Origin: Oculina patagonica | Taxonomy: Eukaryota | NCBI RefSeq assembly: GCF_052425735.1 | Contig: NC_135764.1 | Location: forward strand, 12,400,001-12,464,000 | Length of the DNA stretch: 64,000 nt | Direction: 5' to 3' | Shown here: in pieces, positions 62,132 through 64,000 of the stretch | Numbering within the stretch: position 1 is the stretch's first letter | How the letters are laid out: each line of letters begins with the position of its first letter | Program-made: the position numbers and the translations under genes | Notes under the pieces: generated by a model | What the model was told of the DNA's origin: nothing | The model's input: the letters and a program-made list of their open reading frames with translations, nothing else | Database searches by the model: none

Positions 62132-62398
62132 CTTCGCAGTTGGAAATACAAGCATTCCAACCAACGGTTGTCCCTATACGAGCAATCACCACTCTGACAC
62201 TCAAAACTAACGGGGAACTGAACGTGACGTCAAACAGCAGTCTTCAATGCCGGTTTAAGGACATCTCAGTGCCGGCCAGGATGGAAGATGGTTTCATCCT
62301 TTGTGATACACCACCGATGAAAAATATCGACAGAGTCTCTGTTCACCTTGATGTCGACGGAAAGCTGTTTAAAACAAAAAAGCCGCTCTACTTCCATG
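62132..62398 (+). CDS. IPT/TIG-domain gene, exon encoding IPT domain 1
   Basis: IQAFQPTVVP..LTLKT..CRF..ILCDTPP; phase 1-1, 267 nt. Confidence 0.8.
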
Positions 62399-63239
62399 GT
62401 TAGTAATAACGACCCTATAAATACAGTTTTAATCCATGGACCATTTATTAAAGGAGTTATGTCAGAAATTTCCAAATCTCTAACCTGTATCGATCGATAA
62501 AGTCCCTGTCCTTATATATTTTATTTTAAACAACTATGTTGAGTTTTTTCATCGATTTGAAGGTAACATTTAAACAAACACTTACACAATGTGGTGCGAG
62601 AAAGCCCCATTTTAAAAATAAAGGAAAGGCAACTTGTTTATATGTCTTTCGGCGTATCAAGATGGAGCTGAGTTTAACTAGCTTCTCGATACTGTTCTTA
62701 CTTGCTGTCACCATCGACTGGTGTGGAGGGGAGTGGTTGGGGAGGTTTTTTTTATATAAAAGTAACGTAGACGTGAACTTTTTAAAACACCCCTTAAAAG
62801 TACCAGGAACCATTTGTGGAATGTCGACTCGTTTTCACTTTTAACTCTACGAGGTAACAATAAAAAGTCATCTCCAAGGACAAATAAAATGTCTTTACAG
62901 CTACAGTTCTTCTTTATATACGGCTTGCAATGAAAATGATCCTTAACCTTTACCAGAATAAGGTTATGCAGCAACTGTTAATATGTAAAAAGGAAGCACT
63001 CTCAAAACACGATGAGCCAACGAATGAAGTTATTCTTCCCACCCGGGGAGGAGGGATGGGCGCGTAGGGGGAATTTGGGGAAGGGGTTGAAAAAATGAAA
63101 GGTTGCCTTTGTGTGATCTTTAAAATCAAACTTAACTCCTTGCTTTCAATTAAAGAGCCAATCTAGACTGGTGTTTCTTCATTCTATGAACATGCTACAG
63201 TTTGCAACTATCTTGTAACATTTCCCTTTTTGTGTGCAG

Positions 63240-63512
63240 AGCCATTCAAAGTATCAAACATCACTCCGTCAGTGGTCTCACCGGCTCAAAACGTTCACTT
63301 AAATGTCAGCGGTATCTCTTGCAAAGACTGGATGCAGTATTTTGTCAGATTTCAGACAGCAAACGGAACGAAGAAGACCCAACAGGGGATCTGTAAGGAT
63401 TCCATTGTCTCATGCTATGTGCCTGAATTTCCTCCAAACACACGACTCCGTGTTGGCTTGACTTTGAGTAACAGACTGGTGCAGTGGGCTGACAAAAAAG
63501 TTCTTATTCAAT
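63240..63512 (+). CDS. IPT/TIG-domain gene, exon encoding IPT domain 2 (gene continues past the window)
   Basis: VSNITPSVV..LNVSG..VRF..VSCYVP; acceptor gtgcag, donor T|gtgagt, phase 1-1, 273 nt. Confidence 0.8.
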
Positions 63513-64000
63513 GTGAGTACAAGGGAACGCCGATATGACTAAACCATGTTTAACAAACATTCTAGTAAAATTAACAATAGCGAAATTGAGATAGCACTAC
63601 AAGTACTTCTAGATCATAGTTAGTAGAGGGAAACAGTTAGGAAGCCCGGCAAACATCAAAGAAGCAAATCATCAAAGATTTCTGTTGGAAGGTCCACGAC
63701 CCTGGACATCTTATGTTTCTCGCTCATACACTAAGCATGACTTACGTAATCACAATGTTTCTATTCGTTAGTTGCATGAACTTACGTAACTACCTGTTGT
63801 ATTTTGTCAGGTTTTTTGCATGGTCAACCACCAAAATAGCGACCAAAACATACAACAAAGCACTTTTTCGGGCTTACTAACCATTTTCTTTTAATAACTA
63901 TGACTAGATCGAGTACGAGTACGACTTTCGAATTTCAGTCCAGTTACGTTCCCAGAGTAGGCCTTTCTCGATTATGCTAGCATTTTTTTCGGCATTTTTT

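Overview
This is AT-rich animal genomic DNA with GT-AG introns and many transposons; the repeat and gene families suggest a cnidarian, probably a stony coral (inference). There is a 500-N gap at 32904-33403. Genes: (1) two paralogues of a small secreted Cys-rich protein built of three 'RDDTDxRGGGC' repeats (1106-1717, with a premature TGA, and 30719-31396); (2) a three-exon dermatopontin/hemagglutinin-like pseudogene; (3) an NHL/beta-propeller gene with an intronless CDS, split by a 501-bp MITE with a 9-bp TSD; (4) a giant minus-strand gene of at least 5,312 aa, mostly in one 14.7-kb exon; (5) the first three coding exons of an IPT/TIG-domain gene, head-to-head with the giant gene. The giant protein reads: ~2,200-aa Cys-poor amphipathic beta-repeat region, Ala-rich coiled coil, amphipathic helix ending GWF-G-KR, EGF, 2 PKD, PGLYRP2-N-terminal-like region, 2 PSI, LysM, degenerate M23/LECT2-like domain, 11 LNR repeats, a long Ca-EGF array and a cationic EMI-like tail. 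Mobile DNA includes a Penelope fragment with a hammerhead ribozyme, a second lone hammerhead, a 6.3-kb Sola3-like element with ~1-kb TIRs, a decayed Gypsy element with near-identical LTRs, a LINE fragment, a SINE and several MITEs. The best candidate for an undescribed system is the giant protein, a possible proteolytically processed peptidoglycan sensor/effector in a neighbourhood of other defence-type secreted genes. All domain calls are by eye and memory; no searches were run.
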